Positions 1 to 10,522 are shown, counted from the first letter of the stretch. The stretch: 61,545 bases of DNA from a virus (IMGVR_UViG_3300009514_000363:1-61545); one strand, 5' to 3'. Notes: generated by a model not told the origin, from the sequence alone. Translations and numbers: made by a program.

Positions 1-68
1 CGCTAAAAAGAAAAACAGTACTAAGGTTATCGCGCGGCTATAATCTATTCCTTCAATGATCATATCGT

Positions 69-1712
69 TTACCCAACAAAGACAATTGATGCGAATCTAG
101 CATCAACATTTACTTGCTTGTATGGTTCATACAATTTTACTTGACAAGATGTAGTAGACATACCAAACAACCCAGAAGTCTCGTTAGCAAAGGTGGGAAC
201 AATCAATCTTGAATTTGAATCAATAGTAGAAGATCCCATTACAGCATAGTTAGCAGTTGGTAGTGCTGGTGAAAAATGAATAGTAAAATTTCCAACACCA
301 TTGTCGGTGATAGTGGATGTTACATTGGCGCTTTTGGCTATTATTATTGGGGTACCACTGGAAGCATTAAAGGTAACCCAAGCCAAGATTCGGCCAGCGC
401 CGCTTGCAGCACTAACTGCATTATCAACATATGTTTTAGTTGTGGCATCAGAACCCAAAGTTGGTTCTGCCATGGCTGTAATCTTGTTATTAGCCATGTT
501 TAGGTATTTCTGGCCTGCATATTCTGTGAATGATCCTATCGTTGAGGTTGTTGCCCCGACTTTTGAAACCATTGCTATATCGTTTTGACTGGAAGATGGA
601 GTTCGCAGCTGTATATAGGCATTGCCTGTCCCAGCTTTAATATATACAGGATCTGTGTTACCACTGCCTTTTAACCATAGTGTATCAGCTGCAAATTTGC
701 TATTGCTTGACCAGAAGGTGCCAGATGTCGCGACACTTGCTGTAAAATTGGCAACACCCGAAATGTTTTTATTATTAAAAACCATATTGACTTGTGGTTC
801 AATTGCCGATCCCTTGATTTTTAACGTTTCAGTTACCAAGCCACCATTATCTGACATGAACGAAATATAATCTTGGCTCGCACCATTATCTCCCATATAA
901 AGAACAAGACGCGATGATTCAGTACCACCATAACCCTCAACATAAATTCTTGCAAGATCTGTATTTCCTGTCCAGCGAATACCATTAGATTCCGCAACTG
1001 GAGAAGGAATAGTAAAAGACAAATCCGCAGCCAATGCACCACCGACTGCCAATTGCATATATCTACTATCGGCATAACTAAGATTTAAAGCATCGCCTGT
1101 ATCAATAGGATTGGCAACCCCAGCAATTCTATTAGAACCCATATTTAGAATGCCAGACATAGTATCGCCGAACGTATTTACATATGTAGTGTTGGCATAT
1201 CCGAGAGTTACAAGATCGAAGACGCCAATTGGGTTTGCCGCTGTGACCGTGCCGGTAACAACAAGATCACCTGTAATTGCGCCACCCTCGCCGGCCGATG
1301 ACCATTCCAAAGGACTTCCACTATATGTGTACATTAAATTGTTGGTGGTATTGAACCAATTTTGTCCAAGAAACGCGATAGTTATACCATTTCCAGTCCC
1401 TAAGTCGTATTCATCTTTAGGTAAAAGTGGATCAGTTGCCGGATTGTAATCGTAATTTCCTGTGGCTGGATTGTAATCGTTCAACTCTTTTGCTGGACAG
1501 GCATTATTTTCCAAAATTCTGAGAATGTTCTGGTTAATGCCTTCCCCCCACTTGGGTGCACCGAATCCATATAACTTTAAATCTGTGTCGCGCGCGACAC
1601 CACCTGGACCATTAAGTTCGCCCGGACCAATAACGAATGAATTCTCTTCTCTTGCGGCTATATCGCCTCTATCACTGAATGCGGTTCTTTTGATTAAGAA
1701 TGTTTCTGACAT
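69..1712 (-). CDS. tail fibre / baseplate-attached virion protein
   Basis: 547 aa. N-terminal LKLYGFG..WGEGINQNILRILEN resembles jumbo-phage baseplate/fibre starts; DATTKTYVD fibre repeats; C-terminal AWVTFN...DNGVGNFTIHF domain common at fibre tips. Confidence 0.7.
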   Translation of the reverse strand: MSETFLIKRTAFSDRGDIAAREENSFVIGPGELNGPGGVARDTDLKLYGFGAPKWGEGINQNILRILENNACPAKELNDYNPATGNYDYNPATDPLLPKDEYDLGTGNGITIAFLGQNWFNTTNNLMYTYSGSPLEWSSAGEGGAITGDLVVTGTVTAANPIGVFDLVTLGYANTTYVNTFGDTMSGILNMGSNRIAGVANPIDTGDALNLSYADSRYMQLAVGGALAADLSFTIPSPVAESNGIRWTGNTDLARIYVEGYGGTESSRLVLYMGDNGASQDYISFMSDNGGLVTETLKIKGSAIEPQVNMVFNNKNISGVANFTASVATSGTFWSSNSKFAADTLWLKGSGNTDPVYIKAGTGNAYIQLRTPSSSQNDIAMVSKVGATTSTIGSFTEYAGQKYLNMANNKITAMAEPTLGSDATTKTYVDNAVSAASGAGRILAWVTFNASSGTPIIIAKSANVTSTITDNGVGNFTIHFSPALPTANYAVMGSSTIDSNSRLIVPTFANETSGLFGMSTTSCQVKLYEPYKQVNVDARFASIVFVG

Positions 1713-1766
1713 GTTATATCCATCAAATGATTAATTATAAGACTATTTATCATGTGCATATAATCG

Positions 1767-2453
1767 TCATAATCCCAATTCAGCTATATATTGCTTCACC
1801 ATTTCCACGTCGTTAGGTTGTTTTTTGAATCTGCGTGTCCAATAATCGGGATTTACAATAGTTTCCATCACTATCTTTTCTTCTGTAGTCGTTCCATTTA
1901 TGTAAAAATAAGCAAATTTCTTACTATTTAACAATATCCATGGGGATAACCGCCGCTGATGTAAGAGTTGTATTACTTCATTTGGTGTTAAAATGGTGAA
2001 CACATCACCAACATCCACCTCGGCAGCGTCTGCAATATCAAACAACGTCTTTATTGTTATTTTGGCTAATTCTTTCGTGGAAAGCTTCCGTGTGACATAT
2101 TCAAGATACTTTCTGTAGGCGGCATCACTTGACCAATAGTTAGGATCTATGCCCGTTCTTACCATTAAGTCTATGAAAACTTTAACATCCGGCATCTGGG
2201 TCTTTTTTACAAATTTTGTGAAATTGTAGAATGTGTTAAAATATTTAGATTTTTTGAAGGCATTGGCAGATGAAACTACGCTCTTATGCTTTAACTTCAT
2301 CCAAGACTTATAATGGTTCCATGCGGACTGTCCAGCAGGAGATTTAAATTCTTCCTCCCGTATCATGTCTTTGCATTTGTGTTTAATAAATCTTACTTCG
2401 GATGTGAACGTTTGACCACAAAAATCACATCTGTGTAGAATTTCTCTTGCCAT
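1767..2453 (-). CDS. hypothetical protein with N-terminal Zn-finger
   Basis: 228 aa; CDFC...HKC; directly downstream of the clamp-loader small subunit. Confidence 0.6.
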   Translation of the reverse strand: MAREILHRCDFCGQTFTSEVRFIKHKCKDMIREEEFKSPAGQSAWNHYKSWMKLKHKSVVSSANAFKKSKYFNTFYNFTKFVKKTQMPDVKVFIDLMVRTGIDPNYWSSDAAYRKYLEYVTRKLSTKELAKITIKTLFDIADAAEVDVGDVFTILTPNEVIQLLHQRRLSPWILLNSKKFAYFYINGTTTEEKIVMETIVNPDYWTRRFKKQPNDVEMVKQYIAELGL

Positions 2454-2454
2454 T

Positions 2455-2931
2455 TCATACCAACCTCGTCTTTAATTCCTTTTTGATCGCAGCAATTTCA
2501 GGCGGCTGTCTACCAAGTTGTTCTGCAAAAGAAAGTATATCATCATTTGAAATCATTGGTAAAACTTCCATGGCATCGACGGTATTGTAATCAAAAAAAT
2601 TTTTAATAACCTCAACAACTTTCGGTGTTTTAGATGTTTTCTTGCTTTTTGCTTTAATGAACTTATAACGTTGATCATGACCAGAACCACACAGTGTCAT
2701 AAGGTCAACCAATAGTTCCTTGTGCTTAGATAGCGTAAAAACAAATGGATTTACAAGTTCATTCAGAAAATAAATTTGCCGTGCATCATTAGTGCCAGAT
2801 AACCAGCGCATTGTGATAAGCGGACTTATTTCTTTGATTTCTTCCTCTGAAAGTGTCTTATAAAACTTTTCGTTCTTTCTACTTACGTTACTTAGGAAGT
2901 TGAATAAATCTAATTTGTATTGTTTAGCCAT
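2455..2931 (-). CDS. gp62: clamp loader small subunit (T4 gp62-like)
   Basis: 158 aa; LDLFNFL..., PLITMRWLS, ELVN pattern; near the gp44 homologue. Confidence 0.6.
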   Translation of the reverse strand: MAKQYKLDLFNFLSNVSRKNEKFYKTLSEEEIKEISPLITMRWLSGTNDARQIYFLNELVNPFVFTLSKHKELLVDLMTLCGSGHDQRYKFIKAKSKKTSKTPKVVEVIKNFFDYNTVDAMEVLPMISNDDILSFAEQLGRQPPEIAAIKKELKTRLV

Positions 2932-3259
2932 TAGGTACTTTAATACGACGATTACAGAATTTACATTCTACGTAACCATCCTTCTGAATCAAATGTTCAA
3001 AAGGATGGACACAATCCTTAACCATTTCTTGCCGCAACGCTTGTATCTGATCAAGAATTGGTTGTTTTTCATTTTTGATAATACCAAGAATTTTTTCCTC
3101 AACTGGTCTCAATTCTTCAATTAACCTTTCCATATTAACAAGTTTCCGCTTCCATGCGGTCTTTTCACTGCGATCAGCGTGATTTGATATTGTTTCAAAT
3201 AAGAGTCTTTCTTCTGCTTGTTCAGGGGTTTCGTTTTCGGGTTTCTTTCTTCTTGCCAT
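2924..3259 (-). CDS. hypothetical protein (coiled coil plus C-terminal CxH..CxxC)
   Basis: 111 aa, overlaps neighbouring genes in the operon; DCVHP...ECKFC. Confidence 0.6.
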   Translation of the reverse strand: MARRKKPENETPEQAEERLLFETISNHADRSEKTAWKRKLVNMERLIEELRPVEEKILGIIKNEKQPILDQIQALRQEMVKDCVHPFEHLIQKDGYVECKFCNRRIKVPNG

Positions 3260-4365
3260 TATTTTACTAACTCCATCGCGTCATCAAAGGCCGATTTTTT
3301 AGGCACTGTATCGGCTTCTTTTTCAAGCGCCTTTGCTATTTCTTTCGGTAATATCATACCACCAAGATCCTTCTTGTCAATTACAAATGATGATGCAAGT
3401 GAAAGTTGTGCTTTCGCCAGTTCGGTTTGGCGCATTGCTTTCATCATATCAGACGGAATCGCCACACTTTTAGCAACCTTGCGTTGAAAGTATTCAAGAT
3501 TTTCTAATGCACTAAGTGCGGTTCGGGGTCTTGTGGCTTCAAAATCAAACGCAATTTGATTTTTGCAACTTTCTTCCGATTTTTCTACTTCATAATATTG
3601 AAGTCTTGCTTTAAGGTCTGCTATAACATTTTTTTGATCTGCAGCCACAGATTCTAAGAATGTATTAACAGACGTGAGTTCCTTAACTTCTTCTTCAAGA
3701 TGTTCTATAGTACCTTTATTTTCAGGTGCACGATAACTAATAGCATCCCAAAACTTACATGAAATTTCGTCCATTTCAACATCACCAGAAATTGTAACAG
3801 TGCCATCAGATTTGACTTCAACCGATGAACCGTTATCGCCTATTATTTGGATCGAGGGTGGGATTGGGTTCGCAGCAGTGAAATATACACCACTATGCAT
3901 GTCCGCCTCGGCAGCCAAACTGTTATAATTATGATTGTAGTTTATATGATTATTGTCTATCACATCATACGCTAAATTATGTCCCACACTTAGTGATTGC
4001 GATGCAGTAGCGCATATACTGTCTATAAGTTGCTTGTCGATTTCATCCCGTATTTGAGTCGCCATTTCATCTGCAATAATATCTTCCATGTTTACTTGAT
4101 AATTATATGTGGGTGTTAGGGACAGGCTGATTGGTTTATCAAGCAAAGCCGTAGCATCGTCTAAATCTTTTTTGGTCATTGTAGATGCAGGGATATTGCT
4201 TGCATTCGAAGTCATAGCGGGTACACTATTAATCATATTTGCGAATGAACATGCAAGGTTTGTCATGCCGAATGGCATGGTAATACTTTCGTGTTCTTCT
4301 TCGGCTTTATTAATTACAGGCAAGAACTTATCAAATTCATCTAAGAAATCTTGGTTTATTGTCAT
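3259..4365 (-). CDS. hypothetical mosaic protein with short capsid-like and portal-like peptides
   Basis: 368 aa in the operon; contains EDIIADEMATQIRDEIDKQLIDSI and LENLEYFQRKVAKSVAIP (see findings). Confidence 0.6.
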   Translation of the reverse strand: MTINQDFLDEFDKFLPVINKAEEEHESITMPFGMTNLACSFANMINSVPAMTSNASNIPASTMTKKDLDDATALLDKPISLSLTPTYNYQVNMEDIIADEMATQIRDEIDKQLIDSICATASQSLSVGHNLAYDVIDNNHINYNHNYNSLAAEADMHSGVYFTAANPIPPSIQIIGDNGSSVEVKSDGTVTISGDVEMDEISCKFWDAISYRAPENKGTIEHLEEEVKELTSVNTFLESVAADQKNVIADLKARLQYYEVEKSEESCKNQIAFDFEATRPRTALSALENLEYFQRKVAKSVAIPSDMMKAMRQTELAKAQLSLASSFVIDKKDLGGMILPKEIAKALEKEADTVPKKSAFDDAMELVK

Positions 4366-4376
4366 TATTATTTCCT

Positions 4377-5309
4377 TTATACTTGTGAAAGTCGTATGAA
4401 CATTGCTGCAGCATTTATTTCTTGGTCTGCAATAACGGCATTTTTATAAAGATGATCGGTGATGATAACAATACCCGCTTCCCAATTATCTTTTTTACTG
4501 AACTTCTTTGATTTATTAAGGTTCTCATATAAGAATCTATATAAATCTTCCCATTCTTCGGTTGCTACATTTGCACAGGTTAAACTTCTTGCAGTTGACC
4601 ATTCATCGCAACTAATTAAATCAAGCAATTTGAATTTATAGTCGCCTGCCTCTGATTCTGCGGCAAGTGATTGGAGTATGCCGTCGATTGAATTTTGTTG
4701 TAATAGATTAATAATCTTTCTAATATCTGGATAACCCACAGCAATATACTTATCCAATAAATCAATATTGAATTTTACTTTTTCTGTCAGGAGTATTTTG
4801 GCTGCAAATTCTGTAATTTCGTCGCGATCAGCGGACTTAAATCTAAATTGTTGGCTGCGTGATTTAATTGCAGGCAAAATTTTGTTTTCATAATTACACG
4901 TAAGGATAAATCTCGCCGGACAATTAGGATCTTCCATGTATTTACGCATAACTGCTTGTGCATTATGTGTAAGGTAGTCTGCTTCTTCTAATTGAATGAT
5001 CTTAAATTCACCAATCGCAAAAGTAGTTATGAAACTTTTAATTTTATCGCGCATAACATCAACAGAGTTTTCATCGCTTGCATTAATAACAAGAACGTCT
5101 GTTGGATCAACACCAAGTTCTTTTATTAGAATCTGTGCAATTGTGGTTTTACCACTGCCTTGCACACCAGATAATAGTAAATGTGGAATGGTTTTATCTG
5201 CAACCATTTGTTGAAAAGATTTCTTATGGGCTTCATTATGAAAAATATATTCATCAAGAGATGCGGGTCTGTATTTTTCAACCCATAATACGTGTTTATC
5301 AGCTTTCAT
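4377..5309 (-). CDS. gp44: clamp loader ATPase subunit (T4 gp44 / RFC-small family)
   Basis: WVEKYRP, Walker A GVQGSGKTT, INASD, EEADYL, FILTCN, SR motif. Confidence 0.95.
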   Translation of the reverse strand: MKADKHVLWVEKYRPASLDEYIFHNEAHKKSFQQMVADKTIPHLLLSGVQGSGKTTIAQILIKELGVDPTDVLVINASDENSVDVMRDKIKSFITTFAIGEFKIIQLEEADYLTHNAQAVMRKYMEDPNCPARFILTCNYENKILPAIKSRSQQFRFKSADRDEITEFAAKILLTEKVKFNIDLLDKYIAVGYPDIRKIINLLQQNSIDGILQSLAAESEAGDYKFKLLDLISCDEWSTARSLTCANVATEEWEDLYRFLYENLNKSKKFSKKDNWEAGIVIITDHLYKNAVIADQEINAAAMFIRLSQV

Positions 5310-5364
5310 TATAATTATTATTCTCCGTATTATCAGTGAATAATACTACAATGATCCACCGATG

Positions 5365-6339
5365 TCAACTATTTTTCTTTGGATTCCTAATTCTTTCTGT
5401 AACCAATTTTCTTTCAAGCATTTCTTCTAACATGCCCTTTTGTGCCATTTCTGATGTAGTCAATTCTTTATTTTGCATTTCTGCCAATGCTGCTTTCAAT
5501 TCATCTGTAGTAATATTAGCAGTAGGAGGTATTAAATTAGGTTTATTGTTTTCTTCGTCCGATAATATATGTTCCACTATTTCAAGGCCGTGTTCCACCT
5601 GTCCTAATTTTTTCTTGCGTTGTAATATAGCATGGTTTACACCTAATGTAAGAGCAACAGCCAGTGGGTCAAATGCAAACATAATTAATATTATCATCCA
5701 TTTGGTAGCATCATCTGTTTCTGCTGCCATTGCCTTTGCGATAAAAATAATCGGACCAGTATGAACTTCGCTGACTAATTTTTTTTGTTTAAGTTCAGAA
5801 ATCTTTATCGTTTTTTCACCAATTTGTCTGGTGTACAATTCTATATCATTGCGCAACTGTTCCAATTCAGGACCATAGGACTTCATAAGTCGTTGTCTGC
5901 CCGTGATATAATTATTGGGCAATGCTGCAATATCTGCGTCTATTTGTTTTCTTCGTGTAAGCCGTTCTTTCTTGAATACTTCTAATTCTGCTTGCTCTGA
6001 TTGTAATAATATTATTTGTTGTTCCTGTTGTTTCAATGGTAACGTATCTTGTTGATAACCCATCGAGAGGAACCCAAATATACCAGCAGATGTGATTAAC
6101 ATCAATACCACTATCGCAGAAATGAGATATATCTTCATTGCTTTGGAAATACTATCACGGAACCGATAGACATAGGAAGCGGCCACCAATTTACCGGCTT
6201 CTAAAGATGAACCCATTAAAACAACTGGCCAGAATATGCCAGAAAATATCGCCGCAAGACCATAAATACTAAAGAAGGCGGCGCAGCCTGCGATTGCGAG
6301 TGTTGTTAATATAAGAATAATGATAAAACCCATAGACAT
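5365..6339 (-). CDS. multi-pass membrane protein with coiled coil
   Basis: 324 aa; three N-terminal hydrophobic helices, LEAGKLV, TSAGIFGFLS, coiled coil, then FDPLAVAL helix. Confidence 0.7.
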   Translation of the reverse strand: MSMGFIIILILTTLAIAGCAAFFSIYGLAAIFSGIFWPVVLMGSSLEAGKLVAASYVYRFRDSISKAMKIYLISAIVVLMLITSAGIFGFLSMGYQQDTLPLKQQEQQIILLQSEQAELEVFKKERLTRRKQIDADIAALPNNYITGRQRLMKSYGPELEQLRNDIELYTRQIGEKTIKISELKQKKLVSEVHTGPIIFIAKAMAAETDDATKWMIILIMFAFDPLAVALTLGVNHAILQRKKKLGQVEHGLEIVEHILSDEENNKPNLIPPTANITTDELKAALAEMQNKELTTSEMAQKGMLEEMLERKLVTERIRNPKKNS

Positions 6340-6379
6340 TCTCCAATGTACGAGTATATATTTATGGGTTTAAAACTGG

Positions 6380-6709
6380 TTAAAGTTGAAAATCTTCATC
6401 AATTGCCATAATTTTTTGATCATCTGTACGCCAATACTCTACGCCTTCTATTTCAATAGCGTCCGTCCATTGAAGCGGTTCTATCAATATTCTTGAACCT
6501 ACTTGGATATCTGATATAACTTCATGACCAACCGAAATGACAATTCCCCACCTTGGAGATTTTGTTCCTTCGTCGTAATTAGACATTTCAAAACCCCAAT
6601 CGGTTTTTTCACTAAACTGTGAACGGCGCTTGCCCTGATTAGTCTTTTTTACAATTTCATTTTCAAATTGAAAAATGATATGATTTCTAATAGCTTTTAT
6701 ACTAGCCAT
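6380..6709 (-). CDS. groES: co-chaperonin GroES/gp31-like
   Basis: IKAIRNHII..., PRWGIVISVG, DIQVGSRIL, final IMAI strand; 109 aa. Confidence 0.75.
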   Translation of the reverse strand: MASIKAIRNHIIFQFENEIVKKTNQGKRRSQFSEKTDWGFEMSNYDEGTKSPRWGIVISVGHEVISDIQVGSRILIEPLQWTDAIEIEGVEYWRTDDQKIMAIDEDFQL

Positions 6710-6710
6710 G

Positions 6711-7037
6711 TTATTCCTTATTTTCTGTTTTTTTAGTTGTGGTTGTTTTTCTTCTTGCCTTTTGTTTCGTAGTCGTCTGTGTTTCTTCTACAACAGGTGC
6801 AGTTTCTTCTTTAACGGAAACTTCAGTAGCAGGCTCTGGAAGTGTTGGTTCAACTTCAACAGACGATGATTCAACAACAGGAACCTTCTTTTTAAGTCTA
6901 CGTTTCAAACGATTTTCTATGAAGTTTTGACGATTTTTCACTTCCATTGGTGTTGGAGCAGACGCGAGCTGTTCTTTGATTTTCAAGTAATCAAAATCGA
7001 CTAGTTCTCCTTTAGCGCTTTTAACCTTCTTTCCCAT
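6711..7037 (-). CDS. hypothetical protein
   Basis: 108 aa; starts VKSAKGELVDFD; low-complexity T/E/K tail; AGGAG RBS. Confidence 0.65.
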   Translation of the reverse strand: MGKKVKSAKGELVDFDYLKIKEQLASAPTPMEVKNRQNFIENRLKRRLKKKVPVVESSSVEVEPTLPEPATEVSVKEETAPVVEETQTTTKQKARRKTTTTKKTENKE

Positions 7038-7049
7038 TATATTCTCCTA

Positions 7050-7616
7050 TTATTTCATTTGGGTTCGTAAAAAGTCTTCTATATTTAGGTCATAGAGAAA
7101 ACTGTCAACATCATGAACGCCGATAACATATAAAACGTATGAAGATACACTGCTTCCACGTCCTACTCCCCAAACAATATTCTTTTCTATCAACGTATTT
7201 ATAATATATATTAAGGTTCTGAGAGTGTCAAAAAGCCCCATTTTCTTATAAATCACAAGTTCTTCTGCGCACCTTTGCTCACGAAGTTCAATATCGTCTA
7301 CTGAATCCGATTGCTGCGCTAATTTATCAGCCACGTATGAAATAACATTCAATGTTTTATATTCTTCCGGTATGTTCCAATCAAAGGATAAATTGTTAAA
7401 TTTTGATTTAACCGAAATCTTTTCTGACTTAGGTACTAATCTATTATATTGTATAATTTCATCTGTTAGTTCTTCAACAAACAACGAATCAACAATATTA
7501 CCTTTAGTAATGTTGTTGATTATATATTTTGCATCGACTGTAGAATCGCCATCAAACCACAGCATTCTATCTTTTAATTTGACGCTATTATGCGAATGGG
7601 CTTGTAATGTTTCCAT
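7050..7616 (-). CDS. stand-alone fragment of DNA polymerase III alpha (DnaE) palm region
   Basis: EEL..., GVGRGSSVSSYVLYVIGVHDVD..YDL.IEDFL matches DnaE GPGRGSAAGSLVAY.LGIT.VDP..Y.L.FERFL; ends before the PDID catalytic motif. Confidence 0.75.
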   Translation of the reverse strand: METLQAHSHNSVKLKDRMLWFDGDSTVDAKYIINNITKGNIVDSLFVEELTDEIIQYNRLVPKSEKISVKSKFNNLSFDWNIPEEYKTLNVISYVADKLAQQSDSVDDIELREQRCAEELVIYKKMGLFDTLRTLIYIINTLIEKNIVWGVGRGSSVSSYVLYVIGVHDVDSFLYDLNIEDFLRTQMK

Positions 7617-7986
7617 CTGACGTATCTACATCTGGTGTTTTCACTTTTCCACCATTAACAGCAGGATTTAATAACGCTTTTGCTGCCGGTGTCATTTCGA
7701 TCTCTGCTACTGGTATTCCACCAGTGGGAGGTGGTGGTGGAATCATTGGTGGAACTCCTTGTACGGGCACATTGGAAGATACCATAGGCTGTACATGCTG
7801 TGTAGTTTGTACAACCTTTTCAACAATCTGCTTTTCCTCCACGATACCATCAATCTTAGCACGAATTAGTTGCCACTGCTCACGGTTTGGCGACCAGTTA
7901 TCTGCCTGTAATTCTTCAACGCCCTGCAACCATGCCTTAAATTCTTTTAGAGTCTGTTTTTGTCTTCTTTTTCTTGTATTTGCCAT
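7588..7986 (-). CDS. hypothetical protein, Pro-rich
   Basis: 132 aa; TLKEFKAWLQGVEE...WSPNREQW. Confidence 0.6.
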   Translation of the reverse strand: MANTRKRRQKQTLKEFKAWLQGVEELQADNWSPNREQWQLIRAKIDGIVEEKQIVEKVVQTTQHVQPMVSSNVPVQGVPPMIPPPPPTGGIPVAEIEMTPAAKALLNPAVNGGKVKTPDVDTSDGNITSPFA

Positions 7987-8004
7987 TTGTTATAATTACC
8001 TTTA

Positions 8005-8490
8005 TTATATTATGTCACCCACTACCTTTTCTTTAAGATACTTGTTATAGGAGTCAGATGGTGCCACACTTACCCATGCATCTGGTGATATTGGGTGACA
8101 TAACATCTGATATTTATTCAAAGATGGACCAATATTTTGAAAGTTTGGAAAATAGTCATTTACAGCAATAGTTGCCAATTCAGCCATTGACATATTCATT
8201 CCATATATCATGGCCTTAAATTCTTTTCCAGCCAGTTCAGATATTTCCACTACATCTAATTGCAGAGTTTCTTCATCCGTAACCAAAATGTTCCAATTCG
8301 CGGGCAACTCAAAAGTAAATCCCCTAATTGTGACTGATATGGTTGGACAAATAACTTCTTCGAAGATTAGTAAGGGGGCAAGAGTATAATCCATCATTGT
8401 CAAATCAAGAACATACATATATTCTGATAGTGTTGGACCTTGAATATTATCAAGGAGTATCGCGTCATTGTTTTCGTTAAATATTAACAT
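8005..8490 (-). CDS. hypothetical protein
   Basis: 161 aa directly downstream of uvsW. Confidence 0.65.
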   Translation of the reverse strand: MLIFNENNDAILLDNIQGPTLSEYMYVLDLTMMDYTLAPLLIFEEVICPTISVTIRGFTFELPANWNILVTDEETLQLDVVEISELAGKEFKAMIYGMNMSMAELATIAVNDYFPNFQNIGPSLNKYQMLCHPISPDAWVSVAPSDSYNKYLKEKVVGDII

Positions 8491-8537
8491 AGTTATTCTT
8501 TTTATTGTGTTATTATATTATAATACACTAAAATGTA

Positions 8538-10043
8538 TTAATAGTCAACCTTTCTTTTCTTGTAAGGATATTTAGCATTTTTATAATATTTGATTCTTTT
8601 TGTCAAATGCTTTTTACTATATTTCAAATCTGAACATACGTCACTAATATTAACAAAATTTTTATCGTGTGCCTTTCTCAATCCGCGCCCAATAGCCTGT
8701 ATTACACGAATGAAGGACTTTCCAAGGTCTACTAAAACAAGGTTAAAGATTCGTTTAATATTTAATCCTGTTCCAGCGATATTTACTGTAGCAATGACAA
8801 TAAGGTTATCGTTGTCTTGAAAAGACTTGTATATTTCTTTTCTGACGTTTTTGTGGTCTTTGCCATGCAGGAACACTGCTCCAGGTATTGCTTTTGCCAG
8901 TTTTTTGCCAAATGGAACGCCATTGACAAGACATAGGACATTCCCCTTATCCAACAAGCCTTTTGACTTAATATACTCTGAAATCCATTCTAATCGCGCT
9001 TTTTCGGTATGTAAAAATGCCTTCTCTGCGGCGAAGTCAGGGAAATAGGCATCTTTGAACTTGGCATACGTCAAATGTGGAATATCTGGTTCATCCTTAG
9101 TATCTTCTAAAAATTGAGCATATTGTTCTTTTAGATTAACTTCAAGTTGGACAATATCTATTTCAAGATTAGATAGATGTCCCTTTTCGATTAACTCATG
9201 TGCAGGAATTTCATATTGCACTTCACCAACTGCCACTTTTACAGACATAGCATCGGTTTCGCCTTCTGGCAATGTACCAGTGCAACCGAATCTTAATGGG
9301 ATATTTTTACCGTGTTTAATTAACAGTTCGTTTAGTACTGGACCACGCAAACCTTGACACTCATCAACAATCACTATGTTAAACTGCGTAATAATAACGG
9401 GATTATTTTTTAATGTTTGCCAGGTTGATACAACATGTTTATGTTCAAGGTCTTTGGATGAACCACTATATTCACCCACATCTAAACCGAAAAATTCATA
9501 TTCTTCTTTTGTTTGATCGGTTAATGTAGTATCTGGAACGATAATAATAGAACGGAATCCTGCGGACTTTTCATAGGATAAAGCAAGAGCTGCACACATG
9601 CTTGTTTTGCCCGCACCAGTCCCTGCAATTCCGATGCCGCCCGCGTTTTCTATAAGGGCATTAACCATTTCTACTTGATAATCGCGAATTTCCCATGGTT
9701 TACCAGTATCCGGATCATTAACATAATGAAAGAAGTCTTTCGTTATGGGTTTCACTGTAATAGCAGGTGCTTTGCGGTGGTCGTCAATTTCTATTTTGTA
9801 GCCAAGTCTGGATACTTTAGGAATAATTTCATTAAGAAGATGAATAAATGTTTTTCCGTTTTTGTGAAAAAAACGAATCTTTCCATCCCATGTGCCTAAT
9901 TGAAATTTTGGATTAAAGAAATAATTATCTGTATGAATACCATATACTTCATAAAAATAAACAGCATGATCTGGATGTAATCCTACAAAAATACAGTTTA
10001 CTTCATCAAGTAATACTATTTTACATTTTTTATTCTTTATCAT
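8538..10043 (-). CDS. uvsW: UvsW-like SF2 DNA helicase
   Basis: WDGKIR, RDYQ, GTGAGKT, IVDEC, GCTGT, GTGLNIKRI, IQAIGRGLR. Confidence 0.92.
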   Translation of the reverse strand: MIKNKKCKIVLLDEVNCIFVGLHPDHAVYFYEVYGIHTDNYFFNPKFQLGTWDGKIRFFHKNGKTFIHLLNEIIPKVSRLGYKIEIDDHRKAPAITVKPITKDFFHYVNDPDTGKPWEIRDYQVEMVNALIENAGGIGIAGTGAGKTSMCAALALSYEKSAGFRSIIIVPDTTLTDQTKEEYEFFGLDVGEYSGSSKDLEHKHVVSTWQTLKNNPVIITQFNIVIVDECQGLRGPVLNELLIKHGKNIPLRFGCTGTLPEGETDAMSVKVAVGEVQYEIPAHELIEKGHLSNLEIDIVQLEVNLKEQYAQFLEDTKDEPDIPHLTYAKFKDAYFPDFAAEKAFLHTEKARLEWISEYIKSKGLLDKGNVLCLVNGVPFGKKLAKAIPGAVFLHGKDHKNVRKEIYKSFQDNDNLIVIATVNIAGTGLNIKRIFNLVLVDLGKSFIRVIQAIGRGLRKAHDKNFVNISDVCSDLKYSKKHLTKRIKYYKNAKYPYKKRKVDY

Positions 10044-10501
10044 TAAATTTCAACATATTCTAATTGGGCAACTCTGATTTTGGTAATATTTGATAGCGCA
10101 TAGTTACGCGATATAAAAGCATTTACCGTACTTTGATACTGTTCATATAATTCTTCAACTTCTAACAACAGCGAATGTACGTATATGTATGCGTCTTCAT
10201 TGTCAATGTATCTGTTGATTTCGCGTTCTCCCAATGCTCTTGAATAGTTTTCCTTGTACGATTTAAAAAGGCTTCCTCGTACACGTTCTTCTTCTGCTTG
10301 AAAGAATTTAACTAGTGTATGTAATTCAACTCGACGTTGATCATAGTAATGCAACCATGCAGAATTTTCACTATTCGCGATTTCTAATTTCTTGCCTTTT
10401 ATCTCTAATTGTGTTTTGGCGTTAGAAAGATTTTCTTCATACACGTCTAGTAACGCTGGCAAATTTTTATAATTTTTACCTAATTCTGCGATTTTGCTCA
10501 T
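10043..10501 (-). CDS. uvsY: UvsY-like recombination mediator
   Basis: 152 aa helical protein upstream of uvsW; YKENYSRAL..REINRYID. Confidence 0.65.
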   Translation of the reverse strand: MSKIAELGKNYKNLPALLDVYEENLSNAKTQLEIKGKKLEIANSENSAWLHYYDQRRVELHTLVKFFQAEEERVRGSLFKSYKENYSRALGEREINRYIDNEDAYIYVHSLLLEVEELYEQYQSTVNAFISRNYALSNITKIRVAQLEYVEI

Positions 10502-10522
10502 TTTGCTTATCTTTTATACTTA

